Of a stretch of 52,982 bases of DNA, positions 41,343 to 52,982 are shown piece after piece (position 1 is the first letter of the stretch; the number at the start of each line of letters is the position of its first letter). The stretch is taken from the NCBI RefSeq assembly GCF_006345805.1, contig NW_021835936.1:1-52982 (forward strand), in the 5' to 3' direction. Made by a program: the position numbers and the translations under genes. This DNA is from Octopus sinensis (Eukaryota). A model generated the notes under the pieces. The model did no database searches, had not been told where the DNA came from, and was given only the letters and a program-made list of their open reading frames with translations.

Positions 41343-41414
41343 AAATATTCTAATTTCGGAAGATTTGCAAACGATCCATTTTCAATTTTCACGATTGAAT
41401 TATTGGATAGATTT
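41343..41414 (-). CDS. LRR exon (72 nt) NLSNNSIVKIENGSFANLPKLEY(L)
   Basis: ctttcAG|AAATCTATCC...GAATATTT|GTaagtt; phase 2/2; open frame. Confidence 0.92.
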
Positions 41415-43365
41415 CTGAAAGATAATTCATGAAGCAAAAACATAGAAGTGATTAGTCATATATTTCAAATATTATGTCCAATGAATTAGCTGCAGAAATA
41501 GAAGAGAAATAAGTAGGAATGAGACAATTTGGTGAAGACGATTATGAAAATGATAAGTGAAGATTATAAAGATAATAATGAAGATGTATAGCATTGTGTT
41601 GAGTGATGGTGAAAGCGATAATTATTATGATGAGGGCATTGATGCTGAGGGATTTGGTAGTGATGAAGTTGTTTCGGTCTGATGGCATTGCATGTGTGGT
41701 TTAAGATTATGACTGATAAGAATGATGATGATGGTGATGATGGCGATGATCATGATGACGATGAAGGTGACGACCACCACGAGAACGCAGACGATGATTA
41801 TGATGACAATATTTACTGATGGTGCTCTTAATATTTGGAATGATGATGAGAAGGAGAATGACGCTGATATACAAAGTTGAAACTATAACAAAAGAGAAGG
41901 ATGAGAATAAGAATAAAATTAACGACGAGAATTTATTGATAAATGAGATAAAATGGGTAAAGTAAACTAAACTAGAACTTGAGACATGTATCTATCTATC
42001 TATCCATCTATCCATCTATGAATCTATCTATCTATCCATCCATTTATTTATCCATCCATCTATCTATCTGTGTATCTATCTATCTATCTATCTATCTATA
42101 CAAATATGTATAAGTATATATTTGTGTGTGTGTGTATATAAATTTGTGTGTGTGTGCGTGTGTGTGTGTGTGTGTGTATGTAACACGTTTATACATGTAC
42201 TTTTTTCAGTAATTTGACAATGACCATGCTAGAGCCTTTATTCGAACCAATCGAGCCCAGCATTTATTTGTTGAAAGACTAGCACTCATTCTCTCGGTGT
42301 CTTTTACCGGACCATAATGACGATGATGGTGATGACCACTACGAGGACGCAGATGATGATTATGATGACAATATTTACTGATGGTGCTCTAAATATTTGG
42401 AATTATGATGATGATGAGGATGACGCTGATATACAAAGTTGAAACAATTACAAAAGAGAAGGATGAGAATAGGAATAAAATTAACGACGAGCAGTTATTG
42501 ATAAATGAGATTAAAAGGGTAAAGAAGACTAAACTAGAACTGGAGACATGCATCAAGTTATCCATCCATCTATCCATCTATCTATCTACCTTTCTATCTA
42601 TCTATATATCTATCCATCCATCTATCTATCTATCTATCTATCTATTTATCTACCTTCCTATCTATCTAACTATCTCTCTATCTATCTATCACTTTATCAA
42701 TATATCTATCAATCATCAGAAAGATACGTAAACACATACACACATTTACCAATATATACATGTATATATTTGTGTGTATGTAAATATATATGTGTGTGTG
42801 TATATATGTGTTTGTGTATGTAACACGTTTATGCAGGTAATTTTTCAGTAATTTGACAATGGCCATGCTAGAGCATTTATTCGAACCAATCGAGCCCAGC
42901 ATTTATTTGTTGAAAGACTTGCACTTATTCTCTCGGTGTCTTTTGCCGAACCACTAAGTTACAGGGTGTGTAACACCAACATTGGTTATTAGATGATCTT
43001 GAGGGGACACAAATATATACATAAATATGACTTTAATTGTGTCTGTGCTTGTGCTAGCACTAGCACCTACCACTTTCCAACACCCAGACCACAAAACATC
43101 ATCTACACACCCATACACAATCATCCGCATGAAAGTGAAACCTTAATGACCACAATAGTGCAATCAGTCACTATATAGGGGGATAAAACACTCACTTCCA
43201 CAGCATACCTCGAGTCAAGTGTAATCGGACTAAAAGTTCTCATAGAGTGAGAGAGTCCGGAAGAGATTAGTATTAAATTTACATCTAATATAGGATAAAA
43301 TATTCGAAAAAATGTTATCAATGGCCAGCACATTAAAACAATGCATTTCAAGGTTAAATTTACAA

Positions 43366-43886
43366 ACAACTTATAAAATAGGACAAAAGAAAAATAATCC
43401 AATGCCAAATATGTTGAAATAGACTTAATCGTCAATAACCATATAATGTATTACTATTAGCACGCGTCTCGAAAGCAAGCCGATAGATTTTTCGAAAACA
43501 AATTTCTTTATTATCCGATCGATCCCCATTTCTGAGTTAATTCATTTAGAATTTTCACGTCATCAGCGATAAATGCGATAAGCGAATTCTCTAAGAGAAT
43601 TTTCAGTCCATTCACACGTGTCTCGAGGTATGCTGCGGAATTTCTATTTTGGATATATTTGGAGTACTTAAGTGTGCTCATGACTTAGTGTTTACTTCTT
43701 CCATAGGTACAAGTAAGTATCTCATTTATTTTCTTATCGTATTTATCGCTGATGTAGAGAAAATTCTAAATGAATTATCTCAGAAATGGGGATCGATCCG
43801 ATAATAACGAAATCTTTTTAGAAATTTCTATCAGCTTGCTTTCGAGACGCGTGCTTATAGCGATAAATTATATGGTTATTGACGAT
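43366..43886. mobile_element. MITE/foldback element, paralog with right arm cut by a SINE
   Basis: Same arms; interrupted at 43886. Confidence 0.85.
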
Positions 43887-44228
43887 TGTGAAGGCGCATG
43901 GCTCAGTGGTTAGAGCGTCGAGCTTACGATCGTGAGGTTGTGAGCTCGAATCCCGGTCCGGGCTGCGTGTTGTGTTCTTGAGCAAAGCACTTTATTTCAC
44001 GTTGCTCCAGTTCACTCAGCTGTAGAAATGAGTTGCGACGTCACAGGTGCCAAGCTGTATCGACCTTTGTCTTTCCCTTGGATAACACTGGTGGCGTGGA
44101 GAGGGGAGGCTGGTATGCATGGGCGACTGCTGGTCTTCCATAAACAACCTTGCCCCGACTTGTGTCTAGGAGGGTTACTTTCTAGGTGCAATCCCATGGT
44201 CATTCATGACCGAAGGGGGTCTTTACCT
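43887..44228 (+). mobile_element. tRNA-derived SINE with 11-bp target-site duplication
   Basis: A box TGGCTCAGTGG, B-box-like GAGCTCGAATCC; TTATTGACGAT at 43876-43886 and 44229-44239. Confidence 0.88.
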
Positions 44229-44529
44229 TTATTGACGATCAGCCTTACGTTTAGTCAGTTTATCGCTACCTCTTTATTTATTTATAAATAAATTTAGATA
44301 TTTTCCCCTCCGTTGAAATGCAAAACTCTATATAAAACGAAATTCCAACAATAAATTTTGTTGCATTTAAACCGTTCTTTAAATGCACTTGGTTTAAACT
44401 AATGATAGAGTATTTTGATTTCGTTAGTTTTAATATTAACATTGATATTCATGAAATCTACGTCCCATGTAAATTTATATTGAACTTGATTAAAATTTTG
44501 AACGTTGCAGCATAAATTCCAATTTCTGT

Positions 44530-44700
44530 TTGTTTAACAATTAAAAGAGGTAAAAAGAATAAATTAGAATTAGGAAGGTAATATCTTTTCCATATGAACA
44601 AGAAGAAATATATGTGAATTTATATGAAGAGGTAGGGAAAAAGATTTAAGCTCAGGAACACAGATACACATACACACAAATATGAATTATATACATATAA

Positions 44701-44776
<76 letters not shown>

Positions 44777-45590
44777 ACACACTCTAGAGGGAATAAAGGA
44801 GCTACCCAATTCACTTTAAGTAGCGCTGCCACCGATGAGATTGACTCTTGTCCGCTTCTCCAACGGTAAACACGAGGATTATTGTCATTTTTGCATGATT
44901 TAATGACACTGTCCGACATATGGGCGAATGAGCGTAGGTGCAACGTGGCAACGGAAAACAATTTGGTGTTGATGAATCAGGTGATATGCGTTCTCTTCGA
45001 TTCTAAGCAGATATTTGCGGCCTTTAGGGAACACTACGTGCATCAGTTTGTGGAGGTTAGTGGTCCATTGACTGTGAAGCTCTTAACCGTCTACGTAGAC
45101 GGCTTGCGGCAACATTCGAATGAAACTACGCCGTTCTACAAATGGTGGAAAATTGTTGCGGTATTCGAGATGCCGGGTTAGATGTCGCCATGGCTTGAGG
45201 ATCAGCCTTACGCAGTTTAAAATTAATTGCCATAAATAGCAGTGAGTGCAATGGCAGGTGTCTACAACAAAGGGAAGAAAAATAAGATAATTCTTAGCCC
45301 TGAAAAAAGCTGGGTGTCACGGCAATGTTGAGAAAGACCTCGAAAAAAATGTATTTGATAATAATTTGAGACCCGTAATTAGGCTTAATGCCGAAGATTC
45401 CATATCAAAATCATCTAACCACAACAGGTTCCTGCTTGCACAGTACATGACAGACAGAATGTGTAACAAATGCGTTTCCAATGAAATTCTAATTTTGTGT
45501 TAGTCAAATGCCAACTGTTGGCGCCTGCACTGAAGGAAGCCGGATTCGGTCCTGTTTCCAGAGGCTAGATCGCAGTAACCTACAACACAT
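44530..45590 (+). mobile_element. Ancient Tx1-like ORF2 remnant (paralog of 37830-38870)
   Basis: Colinear paralog with the same motifs. Confidence 0.65.
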
Positions 45591-46589
45591 TTTGCTTGTT
45601 GGAACCATTCAAATGAACTGGAACAAAATGACCTGGCGAACAGGCTATTAGCAGAGAGGTAGTGTGGTGGAGAATACAGAACGATTGAAGAGAGAGAGAT
45701 AATACGATCGAACTCTCATCGAAGCCTTAAAATTCCATTTAAAATGACGGTGAGGGTGGAGTGAGAGAGAGATCCACACCACCCAAGTAAATGTAGTGAG
45801 AAGTGGGGGAATACTAAACTGCACCTGTAAGCTGAGTCATACCGTGGAAGATGGAGTACTTTTAGTCGTAGTCTTGACCTAACTTTCTTTACAACATCTG
45901 ACATAATGGCATGGACGATCCTACAATAACTTGAGTAGTTTATGACTGGGAGTCACATGAGTTTCAGCTTCGTCAGTCAACAATATTGGCCTCAGAAGCA
46001 GGTATTCCTCAGTCAATAGCGGTCACTTACTATCCATCATCTAGAAGACAGTGAAATACCTGGGGAAGGTATTTAAATTTAACCGGAATGAAACATAATC
46101 TAATTGTGAAAGCAACAAGGATTCTGAAAGGCAACTATCTACAGTGGCCATGTGATGTCTCCCGGTAATTTTAAGACCTGGAGTTAAAAATAGAGCATCC
46201 GCCATGGATCATTTGGCAGTTCTCCGTACATGACATTTCAATATCCTCATTGAAGAGAAGGAAGCGATTTCCTGTGAAAAAGGCTGGGATACGTAGTCCT
46301 GAGTGGAAAATACAATTTGAAGCACTTCATAAGCAGCCTCAGAGAAATCTTGGTTCTCTGTGATTAGATGTTGCGTTAGTGAGGCTTTCGGTACGAGGGC
46401 AATACATCACGGAATTGGAGTGCGGTGGAGGATTTCTTGGCTTCACATGTATTTGATGAAAAACGTGATTTGGCTAGCGCCACAACACCTCACTATGACA
46501 ATTGGCAAGAAAGATTTAGTAGGAAGATAAGGAAATAAATGCGGTGTTTGGGGATGACCATAAGGATGTTCAAAGAATATGAGTTTGTT

Positions 46590-48070
46590 TTAAAACTTAA
46601 AATTAAATACACAGTATTTTACGTAGGATATGGGCGGTTCCCATTAGGGCTATCTTTTGAGTTGCTGCCATTTTGGGTTTTCCTAGTATCTGAGATAGGT
46701 ATGATTCAGGCCTTTTGCTATAATTCATCGGGCAACTATGACAACAGGCATTGTTTTACTTCCACATTTTGCTAATTTCTATTTCAAGATCTTTACACTT
46801 GCTCAGTTTTGTAGGTTTTGACAGATACTTTTATGTCGATTGGGACAGTTTTTTGGTTTTGTGATGAGGCATGTTTTTTCCTGTAGTTTTTCTATATATG
46901 CCTGGTCTATTCGCATCTATCTTTCTGTCACTTTGAATAGCGAAGTTCTAGAGGATAAGATGCGATCATCTTCAAGAACTGGAGTGTGTTCGTGTCCCCA
47001 AAAGATTGTATCATGTGGCACGTCTATGTTTTTGCAAATTAACCAGTGAATATGATGTGCTGCTCAATCATGCCTGTTGAGATATTCTGTATGCACAAGA
47101 AGACTGCACATGGAGACAACATTATCAATGGTTTCATTTTGTTGTTTACATACAAGACATGCTGGGTGACTGCCTTTCTTTAATATGGTTGTTTCTTGTA
47201 GGTAGGCCTTGATATTGAGCTGCTATATTAAATCCGTCTGTGTCTGATTTTAAATTAGAAGACACTAACCATTGATGGGTAATGGCTTTATCCACATCGG
47301 TACCATTAGCTCTCTTTGGGTATTTGCCATTGAGATGTTTTCTTTGTCATTTATCTGTAAGAATATCTAAATCATATTCTTTGCATGTACTTTCATTCGT
47401 TTAGCTTTTTTGTGCTTGCTTCTAGTACGTCTAATTCTCGGGTTTGTTGTATTTGGAATTCACTTAGATATTCCTTTGCATGCTTTGTTACTTTGTATGA
47501 CACTTTCTTGTTTTCGTGCTTCGAGACAAGTTTTAACATCCAGTCATGAGAGTTGTTTAGGTAAGTCTTTCGGTCAAATGTAGCAAAATTCATTGTTAAT
47601 TCCAGTTGTAAATGTTACGCCCACCTTCTTTTCTTCGCAGGTAAAATCGTTCTACATCTGCTTTAGGGTGGTGCATTCCACGCATTGTCTACAACTTTCA
47701 TATTTTTCTGTCAAGATTACATATTTCAATCATTGAGCAGTTAATGATATTGAAACTGTAAGTCACGCCTGGTAGTAGCAAAAGTACCCATCTCCTCGAT
47801 TCTGTTTCTTGCATTCAGCTCTGTCTTGAATATTGCTTTTAACCTGATATAATATTCTATTCTGATCCTTTCCCTCATCACTGAATATTTGATCATGTCC
47901 ATTTCAAATACCGATATGTACATGTATCTCTCCGCTGGTTCTAATTCCTTTATGACACTCTGCGGAATGTTTCTGTCGTTTTTCCTTTGATAAATGTAGC
48001 TTTTGCTCATTTATCGAGGTAAAATTACAAAGTGATATCATCACAGAATTGTTTAATATTTCCTGCCCAA
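46590..48070 (-). mobile_element. Decayed R4/Dong remnant, paralog
   Basis: Colinear with 23775-25220. Confidence 0.88.
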
Positions 48071-48377
48071 GACGAAACATTGACGGACTATATATTTATC
48101 CACATATTCAAGGCACTAATGTACATATATATATGACTATATACGCACTTTACACAATATACCAAACAGTGATGTAGAACACAAAGACTTATGTAAATGC
48201 ACATCGTCACACACAAACACGCTCAACTCACACACACTCACATACATATATATATAGAAAGAGATGATGTGAGTTAGGGAAGGGCAAAAGAAGGTTAAGA
48301 AAGAAAGATGGAAAGATATTAAATTTGAGGAAATATATACTCAGGGATATATTATGAACAAGACTGGTTCAACTTAC

Positions 48378-48449
48378 AAACGCCATATTCTCGGAAGATT
48401 TGCATACAATCCATTTTCAATTTTCACGATTGAATTATTGGATAGGAAT
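48378..48449 (-). CDS. LRR exon (72 nt) FLSNNSIVKIENGLYANLPRIWR(L)
   Basis: ctttcAG|ATTCCTATCC...TGGCGTTT|GTaagtt; phase 2/2; open frame. Confidence 0.88.
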
Positions 48450-49136
48450 CTGAAAGATAATTCATAAACAAAGAACATAGAAGTGATTAGTCATATATTT
48501 CAAATATTATGTCCAATGAATTAGCTGCAGAAATAGAAGAGATATAAGTAGGAATGAGACAATTTGGTGAAAACAATTATGAAAATGATAAGTGAAGATT
48601 ATAAAGATAATAATGAAGATGTATGGCATTGTGTTGAGTGATGATGAAAGCGATAATTATTATGATGAGGGCATTGACGGTGACGGATTTGGTAGTGATG
48701 AAGTTGTTTCGGTCTGCTGGCATTGCACTTGTGGTTCCATATTATGACTGATAAGGATGATGATGATGGTGGATGATGGTGACGACCACCACGAGGAGGC
48801 AGACGATGATTATGATGACAATATTTACTGATGGTGCTCTTAATATTTGGAATGATGATGTGGAGGATGACGCTGATATACAAAGTTGAAACAATAACAA
48901 AAGAGAAGGATAAGAATAGGAATAAAATTAACGACCAGCAGTAATTGATAAATGAGATTAAAAGGGTAAAGAAGACTAAACTAGAACTGGCGATATGTAT
49001 CTATCTATCTATCTATCTATCTATCTGTCTACTTATCTAACTATCTATCTATCTAACTATCTATGTAGCCATCCATCTATCTCTCTATCCATCCATCCAT
49101 CTATCTATCCATCCATATATCTATCTATCTAGCTAT

Positions 49137-49207
<71 letters not shown>

Positions 49208-52200
49208 CGGACGTGCTGTCACTTCGGCTCCGAAGGTAATCGTTTATTTTGACTATTTATAGCCCATATTTTGTGTATATTTTTGAAAATAAGGTGTGTA
49301 AGGCACCCAACTTTCGTTTGAGTGCGTTTCCAAGGGAGGAATTCGGCCCTAGGGGCTATTTCAACCCCATTTCATTTCTGTAATTTTTTTGTCGACATTA
49401 GAAAATGCCGAGAAATTTTATTGTAGAACGCTGGTCGCGTTTCTTTATGGACCAGCATTTTCCTAGTTTGGAAACGCTAGGAGAAGAAAAAAAGAACTCA
49501 TGCACGCAAAGTGCAAACATGAATATCGTTGGAATGAACGCTGCAACCACGTGCGGTAACAGCCCTGTCACCACCGCCACCACCACTAACAACAACAACA
49601 ACGAAACTGCTACTGCTACCACCACCACCTCCACCACCACCACCACTACCAACACAACCAACATAAATGATAAAAATGAAACTCACGCGAATACTATTAA
49701 GAAAAACAACAACAACAACAACAACAATAAAAATGAACTATCTAATAGTGAAGATGTTAATACAAAAAAATTAACAACACCAGTAAATTTCGCTGACACT
49801 CTGCGTCAGAAGAAAGAGATTGTAACATTTACAAATGAAGAGCTCATAGAAACGAGAGCTCTCTTTACAACCCGTGGGCAAGATTTAGTGCTACATACAC
49901 CTCAACACATAAAGCAAGAAATAGAAAATAAGACAATTATATATAAAATTATAAGAAAAAACAAAAAACTAAATGAGCAGATTACAGAAACAGATGTAGA
50001 AAAATGCTTAAAAAACATAATGAAAGAAAAAGAATATATAAACTGGGGTCTCCAGTTTAACACAGTAGTGGTCCGCTTCCCTAACTAGGAAGTGGCAAAA
50101 GCTCACTCTACTGAGTCTCTGGGAATTGATGAAATCATCATGGTCCCATACTATAAAAACCAGAGAGTGAGTCGAATCACTATTAAAAATGTACCTCCCG
50201 ATCTTCCTAACAAATGGATAACAGGGGCAATCTGTTACCATTTAAAAAATATCAACATTTTGGAAACCGCCGTGTACTTTGGCGACATTTGGGGTGGGAA
50301 GACAATAGTGGTGACCATACAGATTGAGGGGGCCTCTATCGAGAGCCTACCGGATAAGATCCACTTGGAAAATGGGCAATGCCTATATGTTGTAGCAGAA
50401 GGCAAAAAACCTAGATGCTACAACTGTGGCAGCCCCGAACATTTAATTGCCAAGTGCGCTCTGGTACAGAAAAAACAAGAAAGAACAAATCAGAAAACAA
50501 ATAAAAAAACCCTTGTTGCCAACACCAACATCAGCACCAACACACTCAATTATGGAACAATGCCAAGAAAAACAACAAACCAGCAAACAAACCCCAACAA
50601 CATCACCAAGAAAAGAAACAGTACCAACACAATCACCGTTCACGTCACAACCAATTCAACATGCTGAACCAACAAAAAATAGACCAACACCAACACCGAG
50701 AACGGCAATTAAAAAGACAGAAAACAGTGACGAGAAGACAAATTCTACCCCTAACACCACAACAACACAAACACCGCACAAAACATCAACAATTTCTACA
50801 AGCATACATAGTAATGCAAATGCTTTGCCTTTACCTCCTACTGATACGTCGGACGACGAAAGTTCGACGGAATGGCAAATAGCCACAAGGAGTAAAAGGA
50901 AAGGATCCAAAAAATCCACCAAACAAGGAAGTAAAGCAGGGAGATATCTAACTCCGGACAACATCCCCTAGACAATCAAAAAAGCAATGAACCCGTAAAA
51001 CCACACACACAACTAACTGCAATAGACACAGACAGACAATAAAGAATTAATGGACTACATCACATCCAACACGGACATCTGTGAAGATGACTTTAAGACA
51101 AACAATCATCCGCACACCACACCACCGAAACACATCAGAATTTTACACATAACACAAGCACAACACCACATACTGAAAACAATATTTCCGAATGCGGTAG
51201 GCGGGTTTCAACGATACCTGTCCAGAAAACTATACAAACACCTCATCAAAAACAATACAAAAGAAGAAGAAAAAAATGAAACTTTTAAATGAGTAAGTGA
51301 CCTCGCCTCTTGCCTCTTGTCTCTCATGTAGTGAGTAGTAAAACACAATTTTCGTAAATGTCAAGTATGCTTAAATTAGTTTGTGTGAATGCGCGTGGTT
51401 TGGCGTCGGCTTGGAAGCAAGGTTACCTTCTAAACGACATCAAGTCACTGAACGTGGATATAGTAGCTATCAGTGAAACCAGACTCAGTAAGCCGCGGGC
51501 CCTCGAGTCCATGTTTGGCAATCAATTTGACATTTATTTTTCTCCCTGTCTGCCGAACATGGGTGGTAGAGATACCGCGGTGCTTTTTCGAAAGAGTCTA
51601 AATGTAAAAGTAAGAGCAATATTCCTAGACCCGGAGGGTAGGCTGGTTGTCTTGGACGTGGATGGCAGAAATGGGTGTGCATTCCGTCTGATGGCAGTTT
51701 ATGCACCCTCATTAACGGGTCGGGCGGATTTCTTCAGACGTCTAGAGGTTTTCCTGGGTACGTCTAGACCTTTACTGTTAGTAGGGGATTGGAACGCTAC
51801 CTTGGACACGCATCTAGATTATGTGGGAAGGGATAGGAATAGAAGGGGGTGTAAGAGCCTCTAAGACCTGCTCAGACGTTTCCATTTGTCTGACAGGTTC
51901 CGACTCGACCATCCGAACGTGCCAACGTGGACTTGGACAAACCGCATCGGATCGTCGAGATTTTATCTAGATAGAATTCTATGCAGGACAGCGGATAGGG
52001 ATAGTGTAGGATGTCCACAATTTAAAATAGTCAGCTACACAGATCACAAATTTGTTACGTGTACGCTCGACTTAGATAAAACACATAGGCAGGGTCCCGG
52101 TTACTGGAAACTGAACACGTCGCTGTTAGCGCGACAGGTTTACAGGAACCGGATTAGCGAGTTAATTAAGAGGGAACTGACGGGAGCCGTCGTTAACAAC

Positions 52201-52982
52201 CGCTGGTGGTACGCCCTGAAAATGGCAATAAAATCGGAATCAATTAGGTTTAGCAAGGAATTAGTGATAGAACGAAATAGAGTAGAGGGAGACTTGGTTA
52301 AGAAACTAGAAGAGGCACTTACCACTGGCAGCGCAACCAACGTGCTGGCTGCGTCAGAGCTAAAATGCGTGCCTTAAGGAACGAAGGGATCGAAGCTGCG
52401 CGTGAGGCCCGGGTAGCGGAGGCGCAGCGTGGCAACAGAGCCACCATTCGGTCTCTAATAGATCAACAGGGATGCAGTTTACTCTAACCCGAAAGGATGT
52501 GTGAGGCCTTTCAACAGGACTTTGCTCGACTGTTTGGTGCGAGTGGTGGGTCGGAACGCGGGATGGATTTCAGTGCCTACCTGACCGACCTGCCACGGCT
52601 CTCGGCAAGAGAAGCGGAGTGTTGTGAAAGTCCCATCACAGCCGCTGACGTGTGGGATGCGATGGCGGGCTGCGCGAGGGATAAGTCGCCTGGATTGGAT
52701 GGTTTACCCTACGAGCTGTATTGTCAAATGCCAGACTTGTTTGGCGACCTCTTCGCATCAAGCTACTGCAACTGGCAACAAAACGGGAGAATCCCCGGTT
52801 TCGTGAGCCGAGGTGCAGTGACGTTGCTGAAGAAAGACCCAAACAAGGGGAATTTTATCGATAATTTCAGGCCCATCACTCTGCTCAACGCAGATTTGGA
52901 AATTTTGGCCAAAGTAATAGCCGAGAGGTTGGCGCTTGTCATTGGTAAACTGGTCGACAGGGCGCAAACATGCGCCGTGCCG
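49208..52982 (+). mobile_element. Second, near-identical Tx1-like LINE copy (runs off the window)
   Basis: Same 5-prime junction CTATCTA|CGGACGTGCTG and shared stops and deletion with 26394-32140. Confidence 0.95.

Noticed and set aside
43893-43965. tRNA gene
   Set aside because: It is the head of a TSD-flanked SINE and has no proper cloverleaf 3-prime end.

Overview
AT-rich, microsatellite-dense eukaryotic DNA. The repeat landscape suggests an octopus or other cephalopod, but that is inference. Every long ORF in the supplied track belongs to a retroelement or is a microsatellite artefact. The elements present are R4/Dong-type RLE LINEs, Tx1-type LINEs, a CR1-group LINE, a Penelope-like element, a mariner remnant, MITEs and SINEs. 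The main signal is invisible to the ORF track: nine small minus-strand exons (eight of 72 nt, one of 69 nt) spread over 7.1-48.4 kb. All have AG/GT boundaries, phase-2 junctions and no stops, and they splice into a continuous leucine-rich-repeat (LRR) array, one repeat per exon. The eight 72-nt exons sit in two tandem exon-plus-intron arrays, with units of about 1.1-2.4 kb (9-17 kb) and about 7 kb (22-53 kb). The LRR scaffold and a branch-point motif are conserved. The predicted concave, ligand-facing residues are highly variable, and exon relationships disagree with those of flanking introns. This looks like an expanding, diversifying LRR ectodomain. The start, the end and the identity of the gene are not visible. 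A minimal hammerhead ribozyme motif and a candidate solo LTR are also present.
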